33,247 nucleotides of DNA from a virus. Below the pieces are notes generated by a model. It saw only the letters and a list, made by a program, of their open reading frames with translations. It ran no database searches and was not told where the DNA came from. The translations under genes were made by a program, and so were the position numbers. Shown here piece by piece: positions 32,274-33,247 of the stretch. The stretch lies in the IMG/VR virus record IMGVR_UViG_3300009782_000011. One strand, 5' to 3'. Position 1 is the first letter of the stretch, and each line of letters opens with the position of its first letter.

Positions 32274-32866
32274 ATAAATCTTTTTGAGTGGATTGCTTTC
32301 GGGCTTGGACTAACAGACGGCCCACAAAACTCAACACTTTTAAAATACTTATTTAAAAGAGCCTCAACCAATTCTTGCTTTGGGGCAAACTCTGGGTCAC
32401 CATTCTCAACCGGCCCCTCTAAAACAAACATCTCTTTTGAAATATCTGCCATTTTTTTAATAAACTCCTCTTTGTCTATTATATAGTGAAATGTCGCCAA
32501 ACACAAGACAACATCAAATTTCTTTTTCCAAATTTTAGCAAAGTCATTTAATTCCATTCTCACAAAATCTCCTTTTATTCCTTGATCGTGGCAATCCTCT
32601 AAATATCTCCAATTGCTATCAACTCCTGTATAGTCCTTAACTCCTGCCTCGTGGCACTTGATACCAATCCGACCAGAGTTACAACCCAAATCCAAAACGC
32701 TTTTCCCCTTGATGTCTTTTTTAATATCTAGCAATCTCCACTTCTCATCAACGAACTCTTGTTTTTGATAATCGTTATGCTCACAAAATAAACGGCTCAA
32801 ATCCTCATCTGTGAAATTGTATTCTCGGTCCTCAACTTTCAATGTGTAATTTTTTAGCTTTTCCAT
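32249..32866 (-). CDS. Class I SAM-dependent methyltransferase
   Basis: Motif I: VLDLGCNSGRIG. Also DVVLCLATFHYI. No DPPY or PC motifs of DNA methyltransferases were seen. Confidence 0.75.
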   Translation of the reverse strand: MEKLKNYTLKVEDREYNFTDEDLSRLFCEHNDYQKQEFVDEKWRLLDIKKDIKGKSVLDLGCNSGRIGIKCHEAGVKDYTGVDSNWRYLEDCHDQGIKGDFVRMELNDFAKIWKKKFDVVLCLATFHYIIDKEEFIKKMADISKEMFVLEGPVENGDPEFAPKQELVEALLNKYFKSVEFCGPSVSPSPKAIHSKRFIWKCKNNL

Positions 32867-33247
32867 AGTTTTAAAAATTTTAATTTATTAAATTTTATAA
32901 TCTCCCCCTCTTTAATCATTCTATTATAAAGGTCGGGATTTTCTAATAGCATTTTTGGGTCGTGTTCCAATTGTCTTTTCTTTTTATCATCAACATCTTT
33001 CTTTTTAATATAGCCAAAATGTTTCAAAATCAAATCTGTTTCTTTTCTATTTTGGTAGGTATAAATAGGCCCCGAGCCACAATGTAAATTTCTATCAAAG
33101 AATTTTTGACTATACTCCGGACAATATCTAAACAATCGAATGTTCTTTTGATGACCGAAAGCCCCGTCAACTCTGACACTCTTTTCATCTCCCCAATAAT
33201 GAGCCAACACGAAATCATAAGCAATCCCCTCCTCTAACATTCTCAAA
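32854..33247 (-). CDS. C-terminal part of the two-domain glycosyltransferase that starts at 1208. The leading 'M' in the track is an in-frame TTG Leu codon.
   Basis: The translation is continuous with 124..1208 through the terminal overlap: ...DADEFFDEELTRGGILRMLEEGIAYDF... Confidence 0.85.
   Translation of the reverse strand, partial: LRMLEEGIAYDFVLAHYWGDEKSVRVDGAFGHQKNIRLFRYCPEYSQKFFDRNLHCGSGPIYTYQNRKETDLILKHFGYIKKKDVDDKKKRQLEHDPKMLLENPDLYNRMIKEGEIIKFNKLKFLKLWKS
33125..33247. repeat. Terminal overlap copy 2, identical to 1..123
   Basis: Same as copy 1. Confidence 0.95.

Noticed and set aside
33125-33247. The terminal 123-bp repeat as a biological direct terminal repeat, LTR or IS end.
   Set aside because: It sits inside a continuous glycosyltransferase reading frame and has no flanking inverted repeats or transposase. 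An assembly overlap of a circular or permuted genome is the simpler reading.
1-33247. Integrase/attP lysogeny module, CRISPR array, diversity-generating retroelement, toxin-antitoxin pair.
   Set aside because: No tyrosine or serine recombinase motifs, no repeat-spacer array, no reverse transcriptase or TR/VR repeat pair, and no recognisable TA pair were seen in any frame. These absences rest on reading by eye only and should be confirmed with HMM searches.

Overview
This window is a complete, circularly closed dsDNA tailed-phage genome. The virion module is HK97-type and siphovirus-like, and the host is probably an AT-rich bacterium. Bases 1-123 are identical to 33125-33247, so the unique length is 33,124 bp. 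A 492-codon two-domain glycosyltransferase gene is split across the window ends. Every credible gene (about 60 CDS plus one tRNA-Trp) lies on the minus strand. The plus-strand ORFs in the track are antisense shadows. The minus strand is best read from the only large non-coding region (20561-20840), which holds the late terminator and an early promoter. In order it carries: (1) an early block of small ORFans, including a membrane-anchored 3D-domain protein (20560->17991). (2) A second copy of the early promoter and a LexA-DNA-binding-domain-only regulator. (3) A recombination/replication module: Rad52-like annealase?, PD-(D/E)XK exonuclease, HNH, SSB, TM2 protein, NinB-like, Rap-like, tRNA-Trp, RusA and an HTH replication organiser. 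(4) ParB-like, GT-A glycosyltransferase and AP2-HNH genes. (5) terS, terL, a portal-MuF fusion, prohead protease and major capsid protein. (6) A cassette of glycosyltransferase, SAM-methyltransferase, P-loop kinase and small HNH, inserted between the capsid and connector genes. (7) Connector and tail genes with a -1 frameshifted chaperone, tape measure and fibre. (8) Four small membrane proteins and a papain-like (C1) cysteine peptidase. No integrase, CRISPR array, reverse transcriptase, DNA polymerase, helicase or primase was recognised. The most unusual points are the glyco/methyl/kinase cassette inside the head module, the papain-type peptidase in the endolysin position, a family of three near-identical sigma70-type promoters (one apparently producing a leaderless mRNA), and almost universal non-Shine-Dalgarno starts behind an AATTTTAAAATT-type motif. 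All domain calls come from motif recognition by eye and from gene order. No database search was run.
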